From assembly GCA_963666975.2 (NCBI GenBank), contig CAXVYR010000003.1, positions 192,001 to 256,000 on the forward strand: DNA of 64,000 bases. The letters are read 5' to 3'. This stretch comes from Terriglobia bacterium (GTDB taxonomy: Bacteria; Acidobacteriota; Terriglobia; 2-12-FULL-54-10). Under the pieces are notes generated by a model that was not told where the DNA came from, did not search any database, and saw only the letters and a program-made list of their open reading frames with translations. Both the position numbers and the translations under genes were made by a program. Shown here piece after piece: positions 28,763-37,010 of the stretch; position 1 is the stretch's first letter, and the number at the start of each line of letters is the position of its first letter.

Positions 28763-29821
28763 ATGGAAGATAACGAGAAGCTTTTAGATTTAGAGAAAAG
28801 GATCAAGGAACTCTCCGTGTTTCACGAGGTGGGAAGGACCCTGACTTCCACCCTCGACCTGAACCAAGTCCTGCAAACGATCATGGAGAAGATCAGCAGC
28901 TTCTTCCGCCCGGACACTTGGTCCCTGCTGCTGGTTGATGAGGAGACCGGCGAACTCTACTTTGAAATCGCCATCGGCGAGGCAGCCGAGTCTCTCAAGC
29001 AGGTACGGCTCAAGCCGGGAGAAGGCATTGCCGGATGGGTGGCCCTGCATGGCGAGCCTTTGATGATATCGAATGCCTATGAGGACAAACGCTTTGCCCC
29101 CCGGCTGGATGAGTTGACCAAAATTCAGACCCGCTCGGTTGTTTGCGTTCCAGTGCGCAGCCGGGACCGCGTTTTGGGGGTGATTCAGCTCATCAATTGC
29201 GTGTCGGAGATGAAGCTGGATGAGGACGAGTTGTTCCGGCTCCAGGCGCTGGCCGATTATGCCGCCATCGCCATTGACAACGCCCGGTTCGTCCAGCGGA
29301 TTCACGAGCTGACCATCACCGACGATTGCACCAAGCTCTACAACAGCCGGCATCTGCATTCCGTCCTGGAAGCGGAAATCTACCGCTCGCTTCGGTATCA
29401 ATACGAGTTTTCGCTGATCTTTATCGACCTGGACTACTTTAAGAGAGTCAATGACCGCTACGGCCACCTGGCGGGAAGCAAGCTGCTCGCCCAACTGGGC
29501 CAGCTCATCAAACGATACTTGCGGCTGATTGATTACGGTTTCCGCTATGGCGGGGACGAGTTCGTGGTGCTGCTTCCGCAAACCCCGCAGCGCAGCGCGC
29601 TGAACGTAGCCCGCCGCCTCCATCAGTTGATTGCTCAACACACCTTTCTCCAGCAGGAAGAGATCAACATCTCGATCACCGCCAGTTTTGGGGTCTCCTC
29701 GTTCCCCGGCGACGGGCAAACCCGCGAGGAGTTGATCCGGCTGGCCGACGAGGCCATGTACCTGGTGAAGAAGCACTCCCGCAACAACATTGCCGTAGCC
29801 AACCAGGGATTGCTGGTTTAG
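28763..29821 (+). CDS. GAF-GGDEF diguanylate cyclase
   Basis: GAF domain (GEGIAGWVA); DLDYFKRVNDRYGHLAG; RLID I-site; RYGGDEF intact. Confidence 0.93.
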   Translation: MEDNEKLLDLEKRIKELSVFHEVGRTLTSTLDLNQVLQTIMEKISSFFRPDTWSLLLVDEETGELYFEIAIGEAAESLKQVRLKPGEGIAGWVALHGEPLMISNAYEDKRFAPRLDELTKIQTRSVVCVPVRSRDRVLGVIQLINCVSEMKLDEDELFRLQALADYAAIAIDNARFVQRIHELTITDDCTKLYNSRHLHSVLEAEIYRSLRYQYEFSLIFIDLDYFKRVNDRYGHLAGSKLLAQLGQLIKRYLRLIDYGFRYGGDEFVVLLPQTPQRSALNVARRLHQLIAQHTFLQQEEINISITASFGVSSFPGDGQTREELIRLADEAMYLVKKHSRNNIAVANQGLLV

Positions 29822-29901
29822 AGGCGCTCTTTTTTAGAAAGTGAGCAGTTTCGCTGCATTGCCCTCAGGATCGCTTGCCTGCTGGAATGAATTTCTACTA
29901 G

Positions 29902-30660
29902 ATGATGAAAGGTCAGACAAGTAAAAATTGCCCCACCTGCGGCGGCACCGGCTGGCGTCCCCTTGAAAAGGACGGCCTGCGCGCCGTGGAGATTTGCGAC
30001 TGCCGCCGCCAGCAGCGGGACCGGCGATTGCTCGAACGCGCCCGGATTCCCCGCCGCTATAGCCAGTGCGACTTTGACGGCCTTAACGTCTTGAGGGAGC
30101 AAGAAAGCCTGTACTTTGCGGTGGGCAAAGCGCGCCGCTTTGTGGAAGATTATCCCCTCGTCGAGAAAGGCCTTTTATTCCTGGGAAACCCGGGTGTGGG
30201 CAAGACTCACCTGACTGTTGCCATCTTGAAACAGTTAATGGAGCAAAAAGGGGTCGAGTGCCTTTTCTGTCCTTACCAGGAGCTGTTGAAGCAAATCCGC
30301 GATAGCTACGATCCTGTCTCGCTGAGCACGGAGTCGCAGGTCCTGCAGCCGGTTTTGCATACGGACGTAGTGGTCATTGACGACCTGGGGGCGAATCGCG
30401 TCTCCGATTGGGTGGAGGACACCATAACTTATATCCTGAATCACCGCTACAACGAGCGAAAGATGACGCTGCTGACCTCGAATTTGCCCGATACCTCAGA
30501 AGAGGTCCCGGGACGCAGTCCCAGTGGCAAATACCGCATAGGTGACACGCTGGAGGACCGCATCGGCAAGAGAGTGCGCTCACGGCTTTATGAAATGTGC
30601 GAGGTAGTGAAAATCGAAGCCAACGATTATCGACAGGCAGTCCTGGACCACAGCCGCTGA
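29902..30660 (+). CDS. DnaC/IstB-like AAA+ ATPase with N-terminal Zn motif
   Basis: CPTCGGTG...CDC; Walker A GNPGVGKT; VVIDDLG; TSN; RVRSRLYEMC. Confidence 0.85.
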   Translation: MMKGQTSKNCPTCGGTGWRPLEKDGLRAVEICDCRRQQRDRRLLERARIPRRYSQCDFDGLNVLREQESLYFAVGKARRFVEDYPLVEKGLLFLGNPGVGKTHLTVAILKQLMEQKGVECLFCPYQELLKQIRDSYDPVSLSTESQVLQPVLHTDVVVIDDLGANRVSDWVEDTITYILNHRYNERKMTLLTSNLPDTSEEVPGRSPSGKYRIGDTLEDRIGKRVRSRLYEMCEVVKIEANDYRQAVLDHSR

Positions 30661-30789
30661 GCAGGTTCTTGCCCCCACGTTTCGCCCAACCCCTCAAATT
30701 GAACCGGTTCGCCGCCGGAAAGATTTAACGCACCAGGCAACGCGGCGGCTCTTTTCCCATATCTAATATGAATGAGGGGTAATGCGTTA

Positions 30790-30805
30790 TGGCATGCGTC
30801 TTGCA
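30790..30805 (+). promoter_or_regulatory. Sigma54 (-24/-12) promoter
   Basis: TGGCATGCGTCTTGCA matches TGGCAC-N5-TTGCW with correct GG/GC spacing; ends 37 nt before the YtxH ATG. Confidence 0.7.
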
Positions 30806-30842
30806 AGCGAAGACAGTGAATTGTGAGAGGAGGGGTTCTAAA

Positions 30843-31106
30843 ATGGGTAGACACAAAGGATACGGATTTGTCTGGCTGGTAGCTGGCCTGGGCCTGGGAG
30901 CAGGGGTCACTTATCTGTTTACGTCCAAGTCGGGGAAAAAGGCCCGCTGCTACGTCTCTCGCATGGCCGAGGACGGACGCGAGCGGCTGGCCGAGAGCGG
31001 CCAGGAAGTGCTGGAGCGCGGCAAGGGCCTCTACGAACGCGGCAAAGAGATGGCCGATGAGGCCATAGAGTTTATTGACCGCAGCCGGCGCGCCATTCAA
31101 AAGTAA
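30843..31106 (+). CDS. YtxH-like small protein
   Basis: GLGLGAGVTYLFTSKSGKKAR followed by an amphipathic helix; GAGGAG RBS. Confidence 0.75.
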   Translation: MGRHKGYGFVWLVAGLGLGAGVTYLFTSKSGKKARCYVSRMAEDGRERLAESGQEVLERGKGLYERGKEMADEAIEFIDRSRRAIQK

Positions 31107-31145
31107 ACGCTACGGCTGTTCGCAAGGTCTCTGGTTCGTTCGCGC

Positions 31146-31739
31146 CTAGTTCGTCCTCTCAAAGTGGACGAAGTCGATCAAAAAGACCGCCCCGAGCAGG
31201 ATGCTCTTGGTTTCGCCGTCCTTGCCCGGGGGCATCTCGACGGCGAAGTTGTCCGCGTCGGTAAACGCCTCCTTCGTCAGGCCGCTCCACTTCTTGGTGA
31301 TCTTTCCCACCTGCCGGTCGTTCTCCCGAATCTCGAAGGTCCAGGGGTGGAGCAGAGGCCCGTACAGCCGGCAAATCTCCATTCCCATGGAGTTGGAAAT
31401 CCGGTAGAGCCGCCGCAACACGGAGAATTCCCGCTCAATCGTTCCCAGCAGTTTCCCCTGCGCGTCCCGCACATCCAGTTTATGAAAGTAGAAACGGAAG
31501 GGCCGCTCCAGGTTCAGGACGGTGGAACCGTCGGCCCGCGCCACGATGATTTCGAAGGGCCGCAGCGCTTTCAGAAACAGCCTCAGAAGAACGGAACTTT
31601 TCTCCGCCGCGTAGTAAAGTTCATTGCCCATCTCGGAGAGCACCACGTAGCGGTTCTTGGTCTCAAACCCGCTCAGGATTTCTCCCCACTCTTTTTTCTG
31701 GCTGACGATCAGGGTGCTGGCAGAATCAAGCGCGTTCAT
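31146..31739 (-). CDS. Phospholipid scramblase-related (tubby/LURP-like) protein
   Basis: EILSGFETKNRY; GKITKKWSGLTKEAFTDADNF; LLGAVFLIDFVHFE. Confidence 0.85.
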   Translation of the reverse strand: MNALDSASTLIVSQKKEWGEILSGFETKNRYVVLSEMGNELYYAAEKSSVLLRLFLKALRPFEIIVARADGSTVLNLERPFRFYFHKLDVRDAQGKLLGTIEREFSVLRRLYRISNSMGMEICRLYGPLLHPWTFEIRENDRQVGKITKKWSGLTKEAFTDADNFAVEMPPGKDGETKSILLGAVFLIDFVHFERTN

Positions 31740-31827
31740 CAGTGCCTCCCGCAGTAGCTCTCGGAGTAGCTATGGCGATGCATCCAGGAATTATATACCG
31801 ATTGCGGCGGTCAAGGAGCGGTCCGAA

Positions 31828-32169
31828 CTATCGAGGGAACCCCCGGATTGCGGCCAGAATCTTTTGCGCCAGCTTCCCCTCGCGCGCCAGCCTTTCCAGC
31901 TTCCGGTAAACATCCAGCTTCGATTGGGGAAGGCGCTTGCCGACGGCGGCAACGGCTATGGTTTCCGTGTCCTCCCATAGCATAAAGATGATTCGATAGT
32001 TCCGCCAATGATAACTGCGCCAAGCTTCGAGCGGTTCACGAAGCGGCATGGAAGTTCCGTGAGGATCGGCGGCGAGCTTCTGGATTCCCTTCTTCAGGGA
32101 GTTTTTGAACTTCTTCGGAAGGGCATCGACATCCTGTTTCCCCTCCGGGGTAAACAGTATCCGGTACAC
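31828..32169 (-). CDS. RelE/ParE-family toxin
   Basis: MYRILFTPEG...LAADPHG...YRIIF...VAAVGKR...VY; 2 nt downstream of the antitoxin. Confidence 0.8.
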   Translation of the reverse strand: MYRILFTPEGKQDVDALPKKFKNSLKKGIQKLAADPHGTSMPLREPLEAWRSYHWRNYRIIFMLWEDTETIAVAAVGKRLPQSKLDVYRKLERLAREGKLAQKILAAIRGFPR

Positions 32170-32171
32170 CT

Positions 32172-32495
32172 TTAGTTCTCCGCAAACACGTCCTCGAATG
32201 AATGGAGTTTTCCCCGGCGGGCGTCTTCTTCTACGGACTCGGCGGTTTTCAGCAGCCGGGCGTAGAGCTTCCGGTCGGCGGTGATTTCGAGAGTTTCAAT
32301 GGCCGACCGCAGACCGGAAACCAGCTCCTCAAAATACGGCTTGTCCAGGATGAACTTTTCATTGGCTTTTCCGCGAGCCGCCACCACCACGACCGTTTTT
32401 CCCTTGGCCATGCGGAGAACGGCGCTTTGTTCCTGGCGGAGAGCAGACCGGTTCACTTTGCGGGTCCGTGGTTGCAGACTTTTTAGCGGCGGCAT
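32172..32495 (-). CDS. Antitoxin (Phd/YefM-like)
   Basis: Small ORF upstream of the toxin; C-terminal ETLEITADRKL...RRGKLHSFEDVF typical of YefM-type antitoxins. Confidence 0.7.
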   Translation of the reverse strand: MPPLKSLQPRTRKVNRSALRQEQSAVLRMAKGKTVVVVAARGKANEKFILDKPYFEELVSGLRSAIETLEITADRKLYARLLKTAESVEEDARRGKLHSFEDVFAEN

Positions 32496-32509
32496 AGTAT
32501 TCCTCTATA

Positions 32510-32536
32510 TGTACAAAATAAGGAAGCTTATGTACA
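32510..32536. promoter_or_regulatory. Putative TA operator: two TGTACA palindromes
   Basis: TGTACA at 32510-32515 and 32531-32536 (21-nt period) upstream of the antitoxin; minus-strand TTGACA at 32572-32567. Confidence 0.6.
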
Positions 32537-32641
32537 TGTTGTATTTTCGTCGAAAAGTCGAGATTCTGTCAAGCGGTGTTGTGGGACGGTATGTGAATCA
32601 ATTTCTACGTCAGACACAGCTTTAGAGCTTGCGTGAAAACC

Positions 32642-32994
32642 ATCCGAGCCGCGACCGCCAGGGAGCGGTCACAACCGCACGGTGCATTCCCGGCCATGTC
32701 TGACCGCTCCTTCACAGTCGCGGCTCTGATTTGTTTTTGGTAGCCACGGTAAATTGGCCATCTCAATTTGCCGTGCGTTTGCAAATTCAGTCCGAGCCGC
32801 GCGCGTAAGCAAGCGGACAATCCGAATACTTAGCGCGGCAGCAGGTGCGTATAACAGATTTTGTCCACTCCCTAACGGTCGTGGCTCGGATTTGTTTTTG
32901 GTAGCCACGGTAAATTGGCGGTTTCAATTTGCCGTGGGTTTGTAGACGAGCAATATACCCACGGGGAGGAAAATCGCTCGCCGTGATGGCTACC
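32642..32994. repeat. REP/BIME-like palindrome mosaic, two tandem units
   Basis: Two inverted doublets (CCGAGCCGCG...GCGG / CC.CTCC...G.GGCTC), each followed by GATTTGTTTTTGGTAGCCACGGTAAATTGGC (GGTAGCC at 32739 and 32900). Confidence 0.8.
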
Positions 32995-32996
32995 AG

Positions 32997-33599
32997 TTAG
33001 TTTTCGAAGAGCGATTTCGAAAGTTGGTTATCTATCCATCTTTTTTTCTTCATCTTGTCGCGGACTTTAGTTTGAATCTGAGAAGGAGTATTAGTTAGAT
33101 ATTCCTTGGCATGTTTGAGGACATTCTTTGCCTCTCTTTCTTTCATTTCCAGTTCTGACAAGTAAGCCACTGCGTCCTTAACAGTAAATTGCTTCTTTCT
33201 CTCGGTTGCCCAGTTACTTTCTAGACCAGTCCAGATGACCGCATCAACCTTGCCTCGTTGAGACTGCATCCACTTTTGAACAACCGTCTCATTTTTCTTT
33301 TGAACTTTCGGACCGCACTCGTACGGATTAGCTTTAATCCAATGGATATTCTCCTCGCTGGTTTCCTCACGAGTTCTTAAGTTCTCGCACGCTTGTTTCA
33401 GGTACCCGAATTCGCTTATTGCCCAGTAGGTTTTTTTCTTTGGCGACGCGGCATGGATTACAAGGGTGAGTCGCCTGTCGCTTGAGATACGCGCGAACTC
33501 AATTGGCAGTCTTGGGCCGTCACGATACCAACGGGATTTGATCCGAAGCGACCCTGGGCACCAAATCAGAGAACCCCAACCAAGAACAGCTATTTGCAT
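32997..33599 (-). CDS. Hypothetical protein, gamma-glutamylcyclotransferase-like N-terminus, AT-rich
   Basis: MQIAVLGWGSLIW resembles the GGCT/ChaC YGSL motif; LRTREE; visibly lower GC than its flanks. Confidence 0.65.
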   Translation of the reverse strand: MQIAVLGWGSLIWCPGSLRIKSRWYRDGPRLPIEFARISSDRRLTLVIHAASPKKKTYWAISEFGYLKQACENLRTREETSEENIHWIKANPYECGPKVQKKNETVVQKWMQSQRGKVDAVIWTGLESNWATERKKQFTVKDAVAYLSELEMKEREAKNVLKHAKEYLTNTPSQIQTKVRDKMKKKRWIDNQLSKSLFEN

Positions 33600-33620
33600 A
33601 ACCTCTAACCGCCTTGCCTT

Positions 33621-36554
33621 TTACGAGCACCCACTCGTGCTGCCGCAGTTCTCGCACTTATAGCAGCTTCCGTTGCGGGTCATGATGGAGCCGCAATCGG
33701 CGCAGGCAGGGGCGTCGGTCATGGCGGCAGCGGCATTTGTTTGCTCTCGCACGCCACCCGGAGACGGGGCTGCCGGGGCAGCCTCCAGGAGGTCGCCATC
33801 TCCGAGGCCGATGCCTGCCTGGTAGCCGGGGATAAACTTCAGGGCCAGCCAGCGGAAGATGTAATCCATGATGGACTTGGCGTAGGGGATATCCTGGTTG
33901 CCGGTCCAGCCGGAGGGTTCAAAGCGGGTGTGCGCGAACTTGTCCACCAAGACCTTCATCGGCACGCCGTACTGCAAGGCCAGCGAGATGGCGGTGGCGA
34001 AGCTGTCCATCAGTCCGCTCACGCTCGAACCCTCTTTGGCCATGACGATGAAGATCTCGCCCGGCAGCCCGTCCACGTACATGCCCACCGTGATGTAGCC
34101 CTCGTGCCCGCCGATGGAGAACTTGTGGGTGATGGCCTTGCGCTCTTCGGGCAGCTTGCGCCGGACGGCCTTGCGGACCTCAGGGGACGTTCCCTCAGGG
34201 GCTAAAGCCCCTTCTTGGGTGGGCAGTATCGGCACGGCTGAAGCCGTGCCCTGATCCCTCGGCTTCGCTCGGGACAGGCTCACGCGGCTCTGCTCGCCTT
34301 TGCCCGCGCTCAGCGGCTGGACGCGCTTGGAGCCGTCCCGGTAGACCGCCACCGCCTTCAGCCCCATTTTCCAGGCGGCGATGTAGGTTTCCATAACATC
34401 ATCCACGGTGGCGTCCTCGGGCAGGTTGACGGTTTTGGAGATGGCGCCGGAGAGGAATGGCTGCACGGCCTCCATCATGCGCAGGTGGCCCATGTAATGG
34501 ATCGAGCGTTTGCCGCCGGCGGGCCGGAAGGAACAGTCAAAGACCGGCAGGTGCTCCGGCTTCAGGTAAGGAGCGCCCTCGATGGCGCCGCTACGGTCGA
34601 TGAAGTCCACGATCTCATCCACCTGTTTCGGGTTGTATCCCATCCGCAGCAGCGCCGTGGGCACGGTGTTGTTGACCACCTTGATGACGCCGCCGCCCAC
34701 GAGCTTCTTGAACTTTATCAGGGCCAGGTCCGGCTCCACGCCGGTGGTGTCGCAGTCCATCATAAAGCCGATCGTGCCCGTGGGGGCCAGCACCGTCACC
34801 TGCGAGTTGCGATAGCCGTGCCGGATGCCCTGGTCGTAGCAATCTTTCCAGACTTGCCCGGCCGCCTCAAACAAAGCAGTGGTGGGGAGCTTCTGCGGAT
34901 CGATGCGGTCGAGCGATGCCCGGTGCATGGCGATGACCTCCAACATGGGCTCGCGATTCTGCGCGTAGTGCGGGAAGGGCCCCAAGGCCTCCGCCAGCCG
35001 CGAACTGGTCAGGTAGGCCTGCCCGTGCATCAGGGCTGTAACGTTGCCGGCAAAGTCGCGGCCCGCCGCGCTGTCGTAGGGCAGCCCGCAGGCCATCAGC
35101 ATCGCGCCCAGGTTGGCATAGCCGAGCCCCAGAGGCCGGTAGTTATGCGAATTCATCCCGATCTTCTCGGTCGGATAGCTGGCGTGGTCCACCAGGATTT
35201 CCTGGGCCACGATCATGGTGTCGACGGCGTGGCGAAAGGCTTCCACCTCGAAATGGCCGGCCGGCGAAAGGAACTTCAGCAGGTTCAGCGAGGACAGATT
35301 GCAGGCCGTATCGTCCAGGAACATATATTCCGAGCAGGGGTTGCTGGCGTTGATGCGGCCGCTGGCCTTGGAGGTGTGCCAGCGGTTGATGGTGGTGTCA
35401 AACTGCATGCCGGGGTCGCCGCACTGGTGCGCCGCCCGGGCGATCCGCTGCATCAGCTCCCTCGCTTTGTGGAGCTCCGCCGCATTGCCGGTGGTCACTT
35501 CCCGCGTAGTCCAGGGGCCGTCCTCCAGGACCGCGTTCATGAACTCGTCGGTGACGCGGACGCTGTTGTTGGCGTTCTGGAAAAAAATGGAGCTGTAGGC
35601 TTCCCCGTCCAGCGACGAGTCATATCCCGCATCCACCAGGGTCCACGCCTTGCGCTCCTCCTTGGCCTTGCATTCGATGAACTCCACTATGTCGGGATGA
35701 TCGATGTTCAGGATCACCATCTTGGCGGCGCGGCGCGTCTTTCCGCCGGACTTGATGACGCCGGCAAAGGCGTCGTAGCCGCGCATGAAGCTGATGGGCC
35801 CGCTGGCGCTTCCGCCGCCGGAAAGAGATTCTTCCGCCGAGCGCAACGGAGACAGATTGGAGCCGGTGCCGGAGCCCCACTTGAACAGCATCCCCTCCGT
35901 TTTGGCCAGGGTGAGAATGGAGTCCAGCGTATCGTGAACCGAATTGATGAAGCAGGCCGAACATTGCGGATGGCGATATCCGGTGCCCTCATAGACCGGC
36001 TTTTGCTCGGTTTTGCTCCAATGCCAGTTGAGAAAATTGGTGTCGGGCTCGCAACGCTCCACGCCGCAGTTGAACCAGACGGGCGAGTTGAAGCTGGCCT
36101 TCTGCTGCAGCATCAAGTGGGCCAGCTCGTCGCGGAAGTTCGCCGCGTCGTCGGCGGTGGCGAAGTAGCCGCCCACGAGCCCCCACTCGGCGATGCTGTC
36201 CACTACGCGGCTCACCAGTTGCCGGGCGCTCGACTCGCGCTCCGGCGTTCCCAGCTTCCCGTGCAGGTATTTGCTGGACACAATGTTGGTGGCGGTCTGC
36301 GACCAGCTCTTGGGCACCTCCACGTTGCGTTGCTCGAAGATGACCTTGCCTTTCTCATTCGCAATGGAGGCTGTGCGCAGCTCCCACTCGACCTGTTCAT
36401 AAGGAGAGATATTCTGTTTAGTAAAAAAACGGGGAAAAGAAATCCCCTTGCGGGTGCCGGACGGTGCCGTGGTCTTCAGCATTACATTGCTCGTTTCGTT
36501 GTTCGTATTAGTGTCGGTCTCGCTGCCATTCACATGAACTGAGGTCTCTCCCAT
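33621..36554 (-). CDS. nrdJ: Vitamin B12-dependent (class II) ribonucleotide reductase
   Basis: SFNSPVWFN, QCSACFI, NASNPCSEY, VLAPTGTIG, QPFLSGAISKTVN; C-terminal TSCPD-like domain and CADC...CENC Zn ribbon; GGAGGA RBS before 36554. Confidence 0.96.
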   Translation of the reverse strand: MGETSVHVNGSETDTNTNNETSNVMLKTTAPSGTRKGISFPRFFTKQNISPYEQVEWELRTASIANEKGKVIFEQRNVEVPKSWSQTATNIVSSKYLHGKLGTPERESSARQLVSRVVDSIAEWGLVGGYFATADDAANFRDELAHLMLQQKASFNSPVWFNCGVERCEPDTNFLNWHWSKTEQKPVYEGTGYRHPQCSACFINSVHDTLDSILTLAKTEGMLFKWGSGTGSNLSPLRSAEESLSGGGSASGPISFMRGYDAFAGVIKSGGKTRRAAKMVILNIDHPDIVEFIECKAKEERKAWTLVDAGYDSSLDGEAYSSIFFQNANNSVRVTDEFMNAVLEDGPWTTREVTTGNAAELHKARELMQRIARAAHQCGDPGMQFDTTINRWHTSKASGRINASNPCSEYMFLDDTACNLSSLNLLKFLSPAGHFEVEAFRHAVDTMIVAQEILVDHASYPTEKIGMNSHNYRPLGLGYANLGAMLMACGLPYDSAAGRDFAGNVTALMHGQAYLTSSRLAEALGPFPHYAQNREPMLEVIAMHRASLDRIDPQKLPTTALFEAAGQVWKDCYDQGIRHGYRNSQVTVLAPTGTIGFMMDCDTTGVEPDLALIKFKKLVGGGVIKVVNNTVPTALLRMGYNPKQVDEIVDFIDRSGAIEGAPYLKPEHLPVFDCSFRPAGGKRSIHYMGHLRMMEAVQPFLSGAISKTVNLPEDATVDDVMETYIAAWKMGLKAVAVYRDGSKRVQPLSAGKGEQSRVSLSRAKPRDQGTASAVPILPTQEGALAPEGTSPEVRKAVRRKLPEERKAITHKFSIGGHEGYITVGMYVDGLPGEIFIVMAKEGSSVSGLMDSFATAISLALQYGVPMKVLVDKFAHTRFEPSGWTGNQDIPYAKSIMDYIFRWLALKFIPGYQAGIGLGDGDLLEAAPAAPSPGGVREQTNAAAAMTDAPACADCGSIMTRNGSCYKCENCGSTSGCS
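34192..34278. repeat. REP-like palindromes in frame inside nrdJ
   Basis: CCCTCAGGGGCTAAAGCCCC (34192-34211), CGGCACGGCTGAAGCCGTGCCCTGA (34230-34254), TCCCTCGGCTTCGCTCGGGA (from 34255). Confidence 0.7.
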
Positions 36555-36650
36555 GAACACTTCCTCCATATATTTTAGCCGCTGGGAGACCCCCATGTTA
36601 CACCTAATCCCAAGGTCTCCGGCGGTTTCCTTCTATTGAACGTGAAGCCG

Positions 36651-36701
36651 AATTTAGACAAGATATTGTGGCTTGTCAAGAGGAATAATCAATATATTGT
36701 G
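36651..36701 (-). promoter_or_regulatory. nrdJ promoter with tandem NrdR boxes
   Basis: GACAAGATATTGTG (36657-36670) and ATCAATATATTGTG (36688-36701), 31 nt apart; minus strand TTGACA (36679-36674), 17 nt, TAAATT (36656-36651). Confidence 0.85.
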
Positions 36702-36920
36702 GTATGAAAATTGCAAGGGCGGACCCTTTCATGGGACTGGAAACCGCTTTGATTTCTTGCAGAAGCAGCGCGGGCGGGAGCGGAGTCCCAGCGGTTCCAT
36801 TGATTGGTTTGGTTCCAACAATTTCCGTGCCGGGTTCTGCCATTTGGACGCCAAACCCGCCGGTTATGGATTAGGAACTTCCCGTAGTCACGCGACATTT
36901 CAGCTTTCGGCGGCGGTGCT

Positions 36921-36977
36921 GCAATGAGAGAATCCGCAATGAGAGAATGCATAATGAGAGAATCAAATGAGAAAATC
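36921..36977 (+). repeat. 15-nt tandem repeat (3 copies plus a partial)
   Basis: GCAATGAGAGAATCC GCAATGAGAGAATGC ATAATGAGAGAATCA AATGAGAAAATC. Confidence 0.85.
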
Positions 36978-37010
36978 TGGGAGAAAGAATCCAGCAAGCG
37001 AATCTAAAGC

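Noticed and set aside
29902-30660. IS21 element (istB)
   Set aside because: No istA and no terminal inverted repeats; the Zn-binding N-terminus fits DnaC/DnaI better.
32642-32994. Possible CRISPR array
   Set aside because: Only two units, long palindromic arms rather than repeat-spacer structure, and no cas genes in the window.
34485-36542. 685-aa plus-strand ORF
   Set aside because: Antisense shadow of GC-rich nrdJ; no motifs of its own.
36555-36920. Cobalamin riboswitch for nrdJ
   Set aside because: The predicted leader is about 90 nt and I see no B12-box motifs.
36921-36977. Possible CRISPR or iteron array
   Set aside because: Head-to-tail 15-mers without spacers and no rep gene; treated as a simple tandem duplication.
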